This document shows positions 24,949 to 36,900 of a stretch of 64,000 bases of DNA, one piece after another. The stretch covers positions 4,960,001 through 5,024,000 of the forward strand of contig JBNJNM010000011.1 of the NCBI GenBank assembly GCA_052426225.1. Direction: 5' to 3'. The first letter of the stretch is position 1; each line of letters opens with the position of its first letter. The notes under the pieces were generated by a model. It was not told where the DNA came from. It ran no database searches and saw only the letters and a list, made by a program, of their open reading frames with translations. Both the position numbers and the translations under genes were made by a program. The stretch comes from Zancudomyces culisetae HAW-14-8 (taxonomy: Eukaryota > Fungi > Kickxellomycota).

Positions 24949-26898
24949 GCTTGCACAAGCTTTTCTAATCTGTATCTCTCTGATTTTGATAATCACACCA
25001 TCAAATTCACACACTTTTCCCCCCTTGGATCCCAAATTATAAACACGTATTCATCTCATATCTTCAAAAAAAAAAAGGGACAGTGAGAGGAAATCATGAT
25101 CGTCAATGTCGAGGCGAGAATCAAAATTATGAAGGGAATGGGTGGATCACTTACTCCTCGCATATATCGATACCAATGCTAATATAATGTCGATTATAGT
25201 TCCATCGATAAACTCTATTTTGTCTAATAAGAACTCTCCATTCCCTGACCAGCGAGTATTTGTTGTTGACTTTAATCATGGCATTATTAACTCTTTCAAT
25301 TAAAACCGCTTTGTTTTTTTGAAAATGGACCTTCAAACAAAATACAAGAAGGGATTTCAAATTTTAATAATGACTGATTGGGAATCTCATTTGAACCATG
25401 TATTCCCTGTTTTCGTCAAAGTATCCAACCACTTGAGTTTAGTAGAACTTTTTAATTATATTTGAAGTATAGCTACGCTTTCAAACATGATCAAATAGCC
25501 CATGTTATCATTCACAGACCATGGTTACTATATCAAGTGAACTATCCTGTTAATTGGTTTAGCAAAGGGTGTTTACGTCTGCATTTTCAAACCCTTGGTA
25601 AAAAAAACAATTCACATGATTCTTTCCAACCTCGTTTAGCCTTTTTCTTTTCTTTTTCGCTTTTTTTTATGATAGCTACGCCACTCCTTTCCAATGGCGT
25701 TTTCGTCAAAATATCTAATTTTATTCACTAGTAAAACATTATTTTCTTTTTTGATCCAAGTTAGTCAGAAATATACCTATAGCGATACAACTTGAGGGTC
25801 GGCATAAAACCTTGATGTGGTAAAAATGTTTTTTTTTTTTTGGATGTTCGGTTAAATGTCTCTCAAATACAATAATATACAGTTAAATGAAATATCATTT
25901 TATCCTTTCTTCCATCATTATTGTTTTACCAGCAAAATGCTACCTGTGCGGAAATAAAAGAGGTTGCTGAAGACCTTTCCGCAGAATTATCCGTTTGTAC
26001 ATGCATAGCAATAAGGAAAAAAATTATCCACATCGATGGTTAGAATTTTGCCCACCCTCCCACCCTCCTTCCAGAAGTTGATGGTAATAACCCGCTGTAT
26101 GCATCGGTCAGCAATACAATGACATCAACATCCGTGAAAATTATGTTTTTATATCCTACCTGGTCGATTTTAAGTAAGGTTATGCATAGCTTTGGGCATG
26201 TGATGTATTACAAGTGGTAATAGCTACACTCTGGTCCTATTTTGGTCGAACTGGGCGTGTTTATTGCTTCCAAATTGGGCCTAGGTAGCATTTAGAACAA
26301 AGCAAATGGCAAAGTAAGAATAACAACTAATACTAGCGTGATTATCCCCAAATAAATATAGTGGTACTATTTTCTTTAACAAGTTTTGCAAAGAACAAGT
26401 ATCGGTTTTAATATCAGAAATTCTATGCAAAGATTAAAAAAAAAAACTTACCTTAGCCTAAAGAAAGTTAATCATAATAGTATTGCACCCCTTCACCTAG
26501 TTTTCTTGGTTTCATGTTGTAACCTTTTAGCACCAACATAAGTTTTTGAGCATTCTACAACTTCATACTCTTTTTTATGCATATATAATGGCTAAAACGT
26601 CTGATTGTCTTTTTACCAACTTGAACATTAAAAAAAGAATAGAAAAAAAATATATAGTAACATTAATTTCTAAAAACCAAAAGATCTAAAGATATCTTTA
26701 CAGTCTTTCACAATTGAAAGAGTTGATTTTATATTGATTTTACACACTACATATTCTTTGCTGCCTTGTTGAGCAACCAAAATTAATACCAATACTTAAC
26801 CCAATTTTAACCACCTTTGACAAACACCTGTTAGCTTTGTTAGGACAACTTAACTTTGGTTGCCTCTATTGTATTGAAACTATTCAGAGTTCGATAAA

Positions 26899-28016
26899 AT
26901 GACAGGCTCTCTATCTGATAAAAATCAAGCTATAAAAATACTCTCAGTTGTCTTGGGATGGGCAAGTATCCACTATTGTTCATATTTTTTATATATTCAG
27001 CTCGAACGGGAGAGAAAGTGAAAAAAATAAATAATAAATAAAACATGTGGTTAATATCATAGATATAATTTGCTGCATGGACAATTAGCTTCTATCCACA
27101 AGTTATACTTAACTACAGAAGCAAGAGGTACGCAAGTAGAGCTTTAAGATATACTAGCTATTAAAATTTATTCTTGAGAACACATCCTTACAATATATAT
27201 ATCTGATATTAACAATTGCGTAATCAAAATACCATACCTAGTGTTGCTGGACTTTCAGTAGATTTCTGTTACTATGCTGTACTGGGGTTTGCATTTTACT
27301 TGGTAAGATACTTAATTCTATAACACACTGTTTTCAAACAACAAAACGAACTGATAAATATAAGACACACGCAATATTTATGCTAATAGGCATATAATGT
27401 CGGAATGTATATTGTCGATAAACAAGAAAACAACGATAAGCCAGCCCTAGTGCAAGTAAATGACATATTTTTTGCTGCACACGCTTTTGTAATATCTCTC
27501 CTGGTTATTTTTCAGCTGTATATTTACAAAAATACCAAAGCTCAAAGGCTTTCAAAAATTGCAATGGTAGTGATAGCGATAGCTTTGATATTCTGCATCA
27601 TTGCTGCATTCTTGTTTAAAATCAAGAAGTTATTGTACGCGTTCTCGTACATAAAACTTACTTTAACTGTCGGAAAATACATACCACAAGCATATATGAA
27701 CTACAAAAACAAGTCAACCAAAGGGTGGTCGGTGCTCATGGTGAACCTGGATATCTTTGGTGGCGTTCTTTCTGTGGTACAACTGTTTCTGGACGCTCAT
27801 GTTGAGGGCCATATATCGTACATTAAAAACAACTTGCCCAAGCTGCTTCTGGGACTGATATGTATTGGGTTTGATATCTTGTTTATTTTACAGCACTATG
27901 TCTTCTACAAGAACTCAAGTATTCTGCCCACCACAAACGAAAAACAGAAACTAGTTGACGAAACCCATGAAAGTAGGGATGGGAGTAATGCTTCAGTGAG
28001 CTCATTTTCTTTTTAA
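26899..28016 (+). CDS. CTNS: Cystinosin/Ers1-like PQ-loop transporter, 4 exons, with in-frame TAA in exon 2 (possible pseudogene or null allele)
   Basis: Exons 26899-26961, 27063-27127, 27242-27302, 27390-28016 give [36 protein letters not shown]...NDIFFAAHA...KYIPQAYMNYKNKSTKGWS...DIFGGVLSVVQ. Intron 1 is GC-AG. Confidence 0.88.
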
Positions 28017-28582
28017 TGCTAATAATCAATTCCAAAAAAAAAAGGTGGCCAAAAATTACAGTTAAAAGGCAAGCGAGGTGGCCTGATTAAAGTTGTATTG
28101 TTTCTAGCTATAGCCATATACAAGGCGCATTCAATCCATACATTGTTCGAACTCTTACAGTTTTATACTTAGTTGCGTTTATCAACTCTTGTAGATCAAG
28201 AGGTACCGTTTGCATTGTAGAGCCAGTATAAATCTTATTCTAAATAAACAAAGTGATCAATGTAAATATTATAAAGGTGATATTTAGAATCAGACAGAGG
28301 TGGCAGTCCCTTAGCATCTTACACATGGTTGATCATACGAGGATATTTATTACTTTTTTTGTGCACTGAAAAGAACAGTACTATAAACTTACACTAACAA
28401 CAATCCTGTAACAATTGTATATTCTTCGTAATTTGAATTTAACCATAGTGTCGGAGGAGTGAAATTCTTATAAAGGGTACATTTTTACTTTAAAAAGTTA
28501 AAAATAAAGGTAAAAGCTAAACATAAACTAGCTACTCATCAATATATACTAAAAATGTGGCTCTAACTGCCCACATCCATAT

Positions 28583-29981
28583 TCATGAATATAATTTATA
28601 AATTTGGTAATCTAAAATAACGCTAACCAAATCGTAAAATGTAAAATCCGGCCAGTATTTATCAACAAACTTTATGAATGCGCTCTTTGATGTCTATTCC
28701 AGGGGTTTTTGAGCAATTATGTTAAGGCTTCGGAAAAGTAAATAGTCGAAATTCTGATATTTCATATATTTTGAGTTAAAACAGAAATAAAAAAGAGAGA
28801 GAGAGCGGATTAATAAACTTACCTGCCAAAGTAAAAAATCACTAAGTCTGGTTTCGCCAGAAGTTCTTATTAGCAAATCTAAATCCTGGCAACAGCTCGT
28901 AAATAGGTTTTTTTCTATCTCTTCTTGACATACATCGCTAGGTAGTTGATAAACGAGTTAAATTTGATGTACAGATACTATGTAAGCCCATTAAACTGAA
29001 AATGAAAAAAAAAGAGTGAAATGGAGTACGGATGTATAATTACAAGGTACTTACTTGATGTCTATATTTTTTTTCCTAACATCCTCAACAACTTGGCCCA
29101 TGGCTGTTGCTATCTCATCCGTTGAGGAATAAGAAAAGCAAATATTCAAGACAGGACTATTCAACAACAAATAATCATTCACAGGCTTAGTTTATTCATT
29201 GAACTTTTTATGTCTACTTATTAAATATCTGCTTTAGCACTTAAATTTTGTTACCCTTGATTATTTTTTGTGGCTTCGTTGATATTTTCCATTTTTACTC
29301 GAACGTCTTCCGGTAGCAAAGCCAGATTTCCAATTACTCGTATCCTGATATCATGCTTTTTAACAATATCGCTAGAGTAGATAAAAATATTTAAACAGTT
29401 AGTATAGTCTAATGCTCTTTGTGTTTTAAGTGCAAGATCAAAGTAGTTGTATATATAGCGAGTATTTACTTTTTAAATGAAAGCTCGGCGATCTTCTCTT
29501 TGGCCATTTCCATAAGAGTAACAACCTCCTCCTGTGGTCGTTTGTAGTTATCAATACTAAATGCGTACACGGTAATAGCTTTGATGTCTAGCTCTAAGCA
29601 CCATTCAAGCATCTACAAAACATAAATTCATCTTGTTCGTGAATTGAAAATAAACAAAATACTGAGAAAGATTAAGAATTTGGGTACATAAAAAGCCCTG
29701 AAATAACATGTATTTACAATAAACATTCAATAATTCTGTAAGAAGTAAAAACAGTGTGAAAGTATTATTAATATTCTTACATTAATTAGGCTCTGGAAAC
29801 CTTTTAGATGGCCCTCTTTAGTTGGAATTTTGTTCGCCTTTGCGAATCGCCGATTTCCGTCCATAATTATTCCGACATGCTTAGGAATAGGTCCTTGTTT
29901 TAATATAAAAGCCAGTATTTTCGATAAAACAAAGAAAAGTGCGTGAACAACGCTGTAGAAAATCTCGAGTGCTGAATTCAT
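28583..29981 (-). CDS. RER2: cis-prenyltransferase catalytic subunit (Rer2/Srt1/DHDDS), 6 exons
   Basis: Exons 29981-29781, 29612-29470, 29371-29255, 29156-29055, 28937-28823, 28693-28583. Motifs PKHVGIIMDGNRRFA, TVYAFSIDNYKRP, DLLIRTSGETRLSDFLLWQ, YWPDF. Confidence 0.93.
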
Positions 29982-30760
29982 GGTCGGTTTTTATAGTCGA
30001 TTATTTATGTTTCGGGATCTATTTAGAATTTACAATAGCATTTTTGAGCAAAAGTGCAAAAAAAATGTATAGCTGAACAATGACAGTTTTATGAAATACC
30101 AAAATCAAAATTTTAAACAAGATGGGGTTTTGAGGTGTCGAACCTTGATATATGGACTGTAAAAATTTTGAATCTTTTAGTGAGGCGAAAAAAAAAAACT
30201 AATTGCTTTAATTTTTGGGGTTTTGAATTGGTTGTGAAGACCAGTACAATGGACAATCGTGTAAATGATCGTTCTGTGAAAAATAAGTAAAATATTCATT
30301 AAAACGAGAATGCATTATATCTGTGATTGATCCTACAAGCCAGAGTCGCCACTTATACACCATATGTACACTACAGACACACCCACTTTCAAAAAAAAGA
30401 TGCAGCTTGCAACAGACAGAGAGAATGCCATAAAGTTACATGTAAAAAATATCAGAGAGGTACATATCAACAAGATAACTCAAAATTAACCGGCTCTGAT
30501 CCATTCCAGCAAAAGCGCAAACAAGTAACCATTAATAAAAAAGAATGTAGCGAGTCTAGGTGAGACACTGATATTGGGGGGGGTGCTAGAAACACAAAAA
30601 AAAAAGATAAACTGTGATAATGGATCGTGCTCATAAAATGGGCGAAAAACAAAGAGCAAATTTATCTCCAAAAATCACAAGTGTATTTTGGCAAAAAAAC
30701 AATATATATATTATACTATAAATAGAAACCACATATGATATGAAAAACAAAAAGATTGGA

Positions 30761-30842
30761 TGGTATCAGTGAGATTCGAACTCACGCCTCTTTCGAGACC
30801 GCAACTTGAGTGCGGCGCCTTAGACCGCTCGGCCATAATACC
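30761..30842 (-). tRNA. tRNA-Leu(CAA), intronless, long variable arm
   Basis: Minus strand GGTATTA TGGCCGAGCGGTCTAAGGCG CCGCA CTCAAGT TGCGG TCTCGAAAGAGGC GTGAG TTCGAAT CTCAC TGATACC A. Acceptor, D, anticodon and T arms all pair. Confidence 0.95.
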
Positions 30843-32390
30843 CTCTGGAAGTTTTGACTTTTGTATGTAATTGAACACACTAAATTACATAATACTAAAT
30901 TGTACATTGGCATGAGTTTTTATTGTTTATTGTTTATTTTAAAGTTCTAAAGAGTAGGAAATCTGCTCTTTTTTATATTTAGCTTGATACAAGTGTCTTC
31001 CAGATACGTGTTAATATAAAGAGTAGTATAGCTTTTCTTCAGCATTGCGTTTAGGATTTGGGTTTAAAAAGAACAATTTAAAATTTCCGCTAATATTTCA
31101 GTTGGCAGCTACTATGGGAAAAGTAAAAATCATATTCTCCTAATAATGCGACCAATAAGAAGTGCGGTTGTAACATTCGTTAGAAAAATGATATTGATTA
31201 CACTGGTTTCCGGAATAGAGATGGTGACGTCTAATTAGTAATAAGAAAACTCACGTTCATACCCCTGTTTGTTCATTTTTTTCATACCAGATGTTTCCGG
31301 ATCATATGGGTTGGTGTGAAAAATAAAGTTGTAGAGTATCAAAAAAAAGCTGGTAAATGTCAGAAATGTAAAAACATCAAACAAAGAATGCTCATATATA
31401 TACTTGTGAATGTGGATTAATTTTTTTCTGTCTTTTCAAAAATGAACGTGCGGTATTTTTCGAAAACTTTGGGGCCAGTATATTTATATCTCTCACACCA
31501 TTTGTCACCTCATCTTCCCCCCATCCCTTTCAAAATAAAATCTGACAATGGTGGGGGGGGGGTGGTAATACGACTGTGTGCTGAGACCATGTTTGAACTT
31601 ATTTTCCAGTAATTAAAACACTCACGACGAAATCTATTAATGTCAAATTTAGTCAGCAGAGAAGAGCAATGTGAAATTTGATCAGAATTTAGATGGAATT
31701 GTATATGATAGCTGCAGAATATTGTTTTGTTTTTGCCTAATACTCAAAAAAATGTAGTGCCCAGCTTTCTACGTCTTACAAAATGTTAGTGTAGGGAAAC
31801 TCCTGTGGTAACTTGGTGGAAAGGAATATTCAGAGGTATTTTAAGTGCGAATAGGAACTGTACAAAGTAAAGCCAAATAATAAAAGATAATCATTTATTA
31901 CCTCAGCCTCAGCCCTAGCAATCTTATCTCTCTTTTTTTTTTGCTTTCGTTATGCTTTTCAATAGAAACTTGGTTTTTAGAAAATAATGAGAGTTGGATA
32001 TTTAATAACAACGTGGAAATCAGGCAAAAACGAATGGACCATAAAACGTAAAATGTGACAAACTGCCGAAATTCCAAACAATGAAAAAATGGGGAGAGAG
32101 GAGGAGGGCAAATAGAAAAAGGGTCGCACTAAAGCCTGAAACAGAGAGCGAATGAATCAAGTGATTCATCAAGTATGTTTAGTACCATTTTGATTTTTTG
32201 TACTACACAGGCCATAAAATTTTAATGGCTTTTTTTTTTTGGACAACGGACAATTTCCATCTAGCGGGCTTTTGAAAAATGAGAATAATAAATAGAGGTT
32301 ATTCAGGACTTTGGACTAAAATGGAAAAATATTTTCTCTTTATTTTTAAAAACAGTTAAAGCTGACTAAAGAAAAAGAAATCAAAGAAAC

Positions 32391-33776
32391 AGTAAGTATC
32401 AACAACATCAAGTTATAATAATACTTTTAATCTGAGGGGAGGGTGGAGGGGGTGTTGTTGACGGGGTAGCTATTTGATCAAAGGCTAAACAAAATAAACA
32501 CGTTAAATGAATAGTGGTGGGAAAAGTATCAATTTTCGAAGAGGCTAAGGCAGTCCCCGCAGACGCAATCCTTAAGGTAGCTGTAATGTACAATGCTGAT
32601 ACTAGTAGTCAAAAGGTAGACTTGGGAATAGGAGCATACCGTGACAGCCAGGGAAAGCCTTGGGTGTTGCCAGTTGTGGAAAAAGCAGAAAAAATACTTC
32701 TGGAGCAGAGGGGAAGAAATCATGAGTACAATCCAGTGATGGGAGATGCAGGATTACTAAAGGGAGCAGCACGAATAATGTTTGGAGAGGGAAGCAAAGT
32801 GTTGGAAGAGAACCGGGTATGTAGTATCCAAACAGTCTCAGGAACAGGTGGACTCAGTGTAGCCGCTGCATTCTTGAAAACAGTATACCCTGGAGTGAAG
32901 AAAGCATACGCATCAAACCCAACATGGGGAAACCACAAGAGTATAATGGAAACATTTGGTATGGAATATGGTCAATACTCATACTGGAACAAGGCAACAA
33001 AGGGGTTGGATTATGAAGGAATGATTAGAGATATCCACAGCATGGAAGATAGATCAATTGTCATTCTGCATGCATGTGCACACAACCCAACTGGAGTAGA
33101 CCCAACAAGACAACAATGGGACGGGATTGCACAAGCAATAAAAGCAAAGGGTCACTTTGTAATCTTTGACACTGCATACCAAGGATTCGCAACAGGTAAC
33201 CTTGACGATGATGCATGGGCTATACGCCGATTTATAGAGGCCTACGATATGGAGATGATAGTAACACAGTCATTTGCCAAGAATATGGGGTTGTACGGTG
33301 AGCGTTGTGGTGTATTGCATGTTGTTTCTGCCAATACCCAAGTATCTCAAACCATTGTCAGCTCCAATTTGGCCAAATCTAGTCGATCAATTATCAGTTC
33401 TGCACCCAGATACTGTGGAGCCATTGCATCAATTGTACTCAACACACCAGAGCTGTTTGCTGAATGGAAGCAGGACTGTTTGAACCTCGAAATGAGTGCA
33501 CGTATTCACAAGATGCGAAAGCTGCTGTTGCATAATTTGGTGAAGTTGGGAGCTAAAGAAGAGGAGTGGAGCCACATCACCAGCCAAATCGGCATGTTTA
33601 GCTTTACAGGGCTGAATGAACAACAAGTCGATATTTTGATCAAGAAATACCACATTTATTTGACTAGTAACGGAAGAATTTCAGTTGCCGGGCTTAATGA
33701 AGGAAATGTTGAGTATGTAGCCAAGGCCATCTATGAAGTTTCAACATCTACAACTATTCAAAAATCAAACATCTGA
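32391..33776 (+). CDS. AAT2: Aspartate aminotransferase, cytosolic type; start codon split by intron 32392-32514
   Basis: KVDLGIGAYRD, QTVSGTG, PTWGNH, LHACAHNPTGVDP, DTAYQGFATG, QSFAKNMGLYGER (PLP lysine), QIGMFSFTGL, GRISVAGL. No mitochondrial presequence. Confidence 0.95.
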
Positions 33777-33962
33777 TTTATGTAATTGTTTATTTGTTTA
33801 TATACTGGAATAACACTTCTTTATGCGCATATGAGAATTATTTTTTTTTTAGGATTTAGATTTGAATTCTAGTTATTTTTAACAATAATGAAATGACTAT
33901 AAAAAAAAAGAGGCGGAGGGCGGGGGGAGGGGTGCATGGTTAGTTTAGGTTTATGCTCAACT

Positions 33963-36900
33963 TTATTTAGTAGTAAATTGCGATTTCAAAAGAAAAAAGT
34001 AACTAAAAGCATGCTTCAAATTTATCAAGTCCAAATCCAGATTTGAGGTGTTGTCACTGTTATTGCCTGACTGTAGTAAGGGGTCACAAGAAATAGCAAA
34101 GTTATTGACAGTTTTGTTGTTGTATTTGATATTCGACCTTAGACAGAAGGCATCATGAACAAAAGGAACATCAGAACTACAATTGCGAGTCTGGTATTGA
34201 CTAGTGTAGCTATGGAGGTCTTGTGAAGGTATTGAAAAAGTTGAAGTGGGTTGTGAGAAAATTATCGAGGAGAGGGATTTAATAGTTTCATCAATTATGG
34301 GAACTGAGGAAGTCAATTTATCCACCAAACCCATTTTAGTGTGATTAATAACATTGTCAGGATATATAGTTGATAATGATGATGATGTTGGTGATGATGG
34401 CGATGGAGATGATGGAGATGGAGATGGAGATGAAAGAATGTTTAGTAAAAGGGAGTCAAAGTACACAAGTGACCAATATAGATAATACTCGTGGTTGGTT
34501 GTAATAGGCGTTTTTGGTTCTACACTATCCAGGTAGCAAGATGAAGATGATGACGATGACGGTGACAATGACGAGATTGGCTGTACTTGTGCTTGTACTT
34601 GTGGTTTTACTTGAGGTAGCAAATAGTCGCTAATTAGTGTAAAGAGTTGAGAATACACAAGATTAAACGTATAAAAATTAGACTTTGTCATAAAAAACCC
34701 CGTTCCTTCATTACCAACATTAGGCTTTGGTTTTTGAGTCTTTTGTAAAAAGTTGTAATTGATCAAGTTTAAGCAATAATCGAGTAAGTGCTGAACTTCA
34801 GAAATTACAGATTCGGTAATAGCCGTGGTAACAGTTTTGTTTTCATTGGCAATTGATTTGTTGGTTTTGATAAAAGAGACCAGGATTTTAGTCAAATCAA
34901 TTATGACGAGTAGGTCGTGAATGTTTAGAATTTGATACTTGTTGGTATACTGGTTAGTCTCAATACCTTCATTATCAACAATGCCTGAAACTGTTGTGTT
35001 TGCATGGGGTGGTGTTGACAGAAAGGAGAATTGGGATGTATCAAAGAGATCACCAAAGCACTCAATCTGATGAGACTCGGTATTACCATTGCTAGTATAG
35101 TTGGTGTTGCTATGGAGGTTGGTCTCAACCTTGATAAAGTAAGACGTAATAATATTGTGGATGGATGACAAAATATATTGCATGGGGGTTGAGACGCCGC
35201 TAGATAAATCGGCATTATTGTCAATGTCAGGATTTGTGTTTGTTGTTGGCTTTTGGCTGTTGTACTTGATCATGTGGTAATAGTAATAGTAATAGTAATA
35301 TTGGAGAATGTAAAAACAATCAAATATCACTGACATGTAGTCAGTAGAGGTGGTTGTATCTGAGATTGTCAACGAGCAAAGGTGCGAATAATACTGGGTA
35401 ATTGCCAATACTGTGGATCTACTTGGATAGACATTATTCTTAATAAATAGATATCTGAATAGGTTATTTCGAATTCTTTGAGCCATTAACGCGTTGGCTT
35501 TGGACTCGCTATCATCGTGTTTGAGGGGCTGACAAGCTGCCACAAAGCTAAATCGCAGAATGGCTTGTAACACGACGGCATCTGTGGATAAGTGCGGGTA
35601 TGAGTTTACGATATTGACAACTTCGCTGTAGATTTCCATAGTTAGTACTTTTACCTGGTCACCACTATTCTCATTATTGTTGTCGATTTTGATCTGGCTG
35701 GTGTTCATGTCTTTATTTTCAATCGATAACAGCATGGTCTTGTAGCAACAGTTTAATAGCCCAACTATAATGCTCTTGTTGGAATAAAACAACTCGTTGT
35801 TTCTTATAACCTCGTTGAAGAGTGTGGTTGAAATATAAAAGGCAATTGAACAGCTATTTAGCTTGGTTGCCATAAACAACAGGTGTTTGACTAGATAAAC
35901 ACTCGTGTTGATTCCATTGGTATTGTTATTATTGTAGAAATGCGCCTTAGTATTAGCTATGTGTTGACTTGAGGATGTAGTTGATTTGTTTAGATGAAAT
36001 ACATTTTCCACAAAATTGATTAATTTAGTTTGGGCTAAAGAATTGTTTGCCGAAAGAACCAAATTCCAAAGCTCCATAATTGTAAATTTGAGGTTTGTAG
36101 AAACGATCTTTTTGGCTCCAGCATTCATAAATGCTCTGGAAATAACACTGTTGATAAGATAAAATCCAGTATTAAAGGGAAGCCCATTACCTCCAAACAT
36201 CAATTGAGTAACCGAAGGTTCAAATAAGCTGGCATTGTTGATTTTTTGCCGTGATAGGAATTGGGTAGGAAAGCATGATATCAATGCAGGAACAAACAAA
36301 GTATTTCCAGCTTTGGCTATTGTTTGGTGCTGCAGATTACCAAACAACACTGTTAACACTTTAATAGCCATCCTTCGTCGATAATAGTTGCCAGTGTTAC
36401 TCAGTCCTATTGCATACAAACACGCTGTATACTCTTCAACACTGCTGAAGCTGGCTAGTTTCAACCTGGGTAAAATATCATTCGAGTCGTGATTTTCACC
36501 AAAAGCGTTGCTGTGAGGGTTGGGCTTGTAAATATTTCTAAATAGCATCGCATGCGCCACAAACTCGTTGTATTTGACTTTTAGATCCTCAAAAAGGGCA
36601 CCGTGGGTATCATTTTTAGCTATATTATTAGTAACTGGATTAGGTAGTAATAAGACTCTATTAATATTTTCATGTAATATGTTGACCAATCTGTTAATTA
36701 CAAAACTCGAGTATCCATCACCATTGCCATCACTAGTATTAATCGTTTTTTTATAGTCAGCTTGTAGAGTTGTATTGTGGATTTTCATATTATCCTTGGT
36801 CAACTCAGTTTGTGCCTTGATGGACCCAGAAGAATGGAAATTTTCACTAAACACTTTTGTTTCTATGCACACTTTTATACTTGCACTCAGCATCTCATAC

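Noticed and set aside
25915-26043. Frame reading QNATCAEIKEVAEDLSAELSVCTCIAIRKK, faintly like a Tc1 helix-turn-helix
   Set aside because: No DDE domain, terminal repeats or further similarity.
27066-27068. Genome-wide TAA reassignment as the explanation for the cystinosin stop
   Set aside because: TAA terminates several intact genes in this window and no other conserved gene needs TAA read as sense.
31575-31615. GTGCTGAGA..GTTTGAACTT resembling the 5' half of a TPP riboswitch
   Set aside because: The conserved GATC..GATAAT..CAGCG 3' half is absent and no thiamine gene is nearby.
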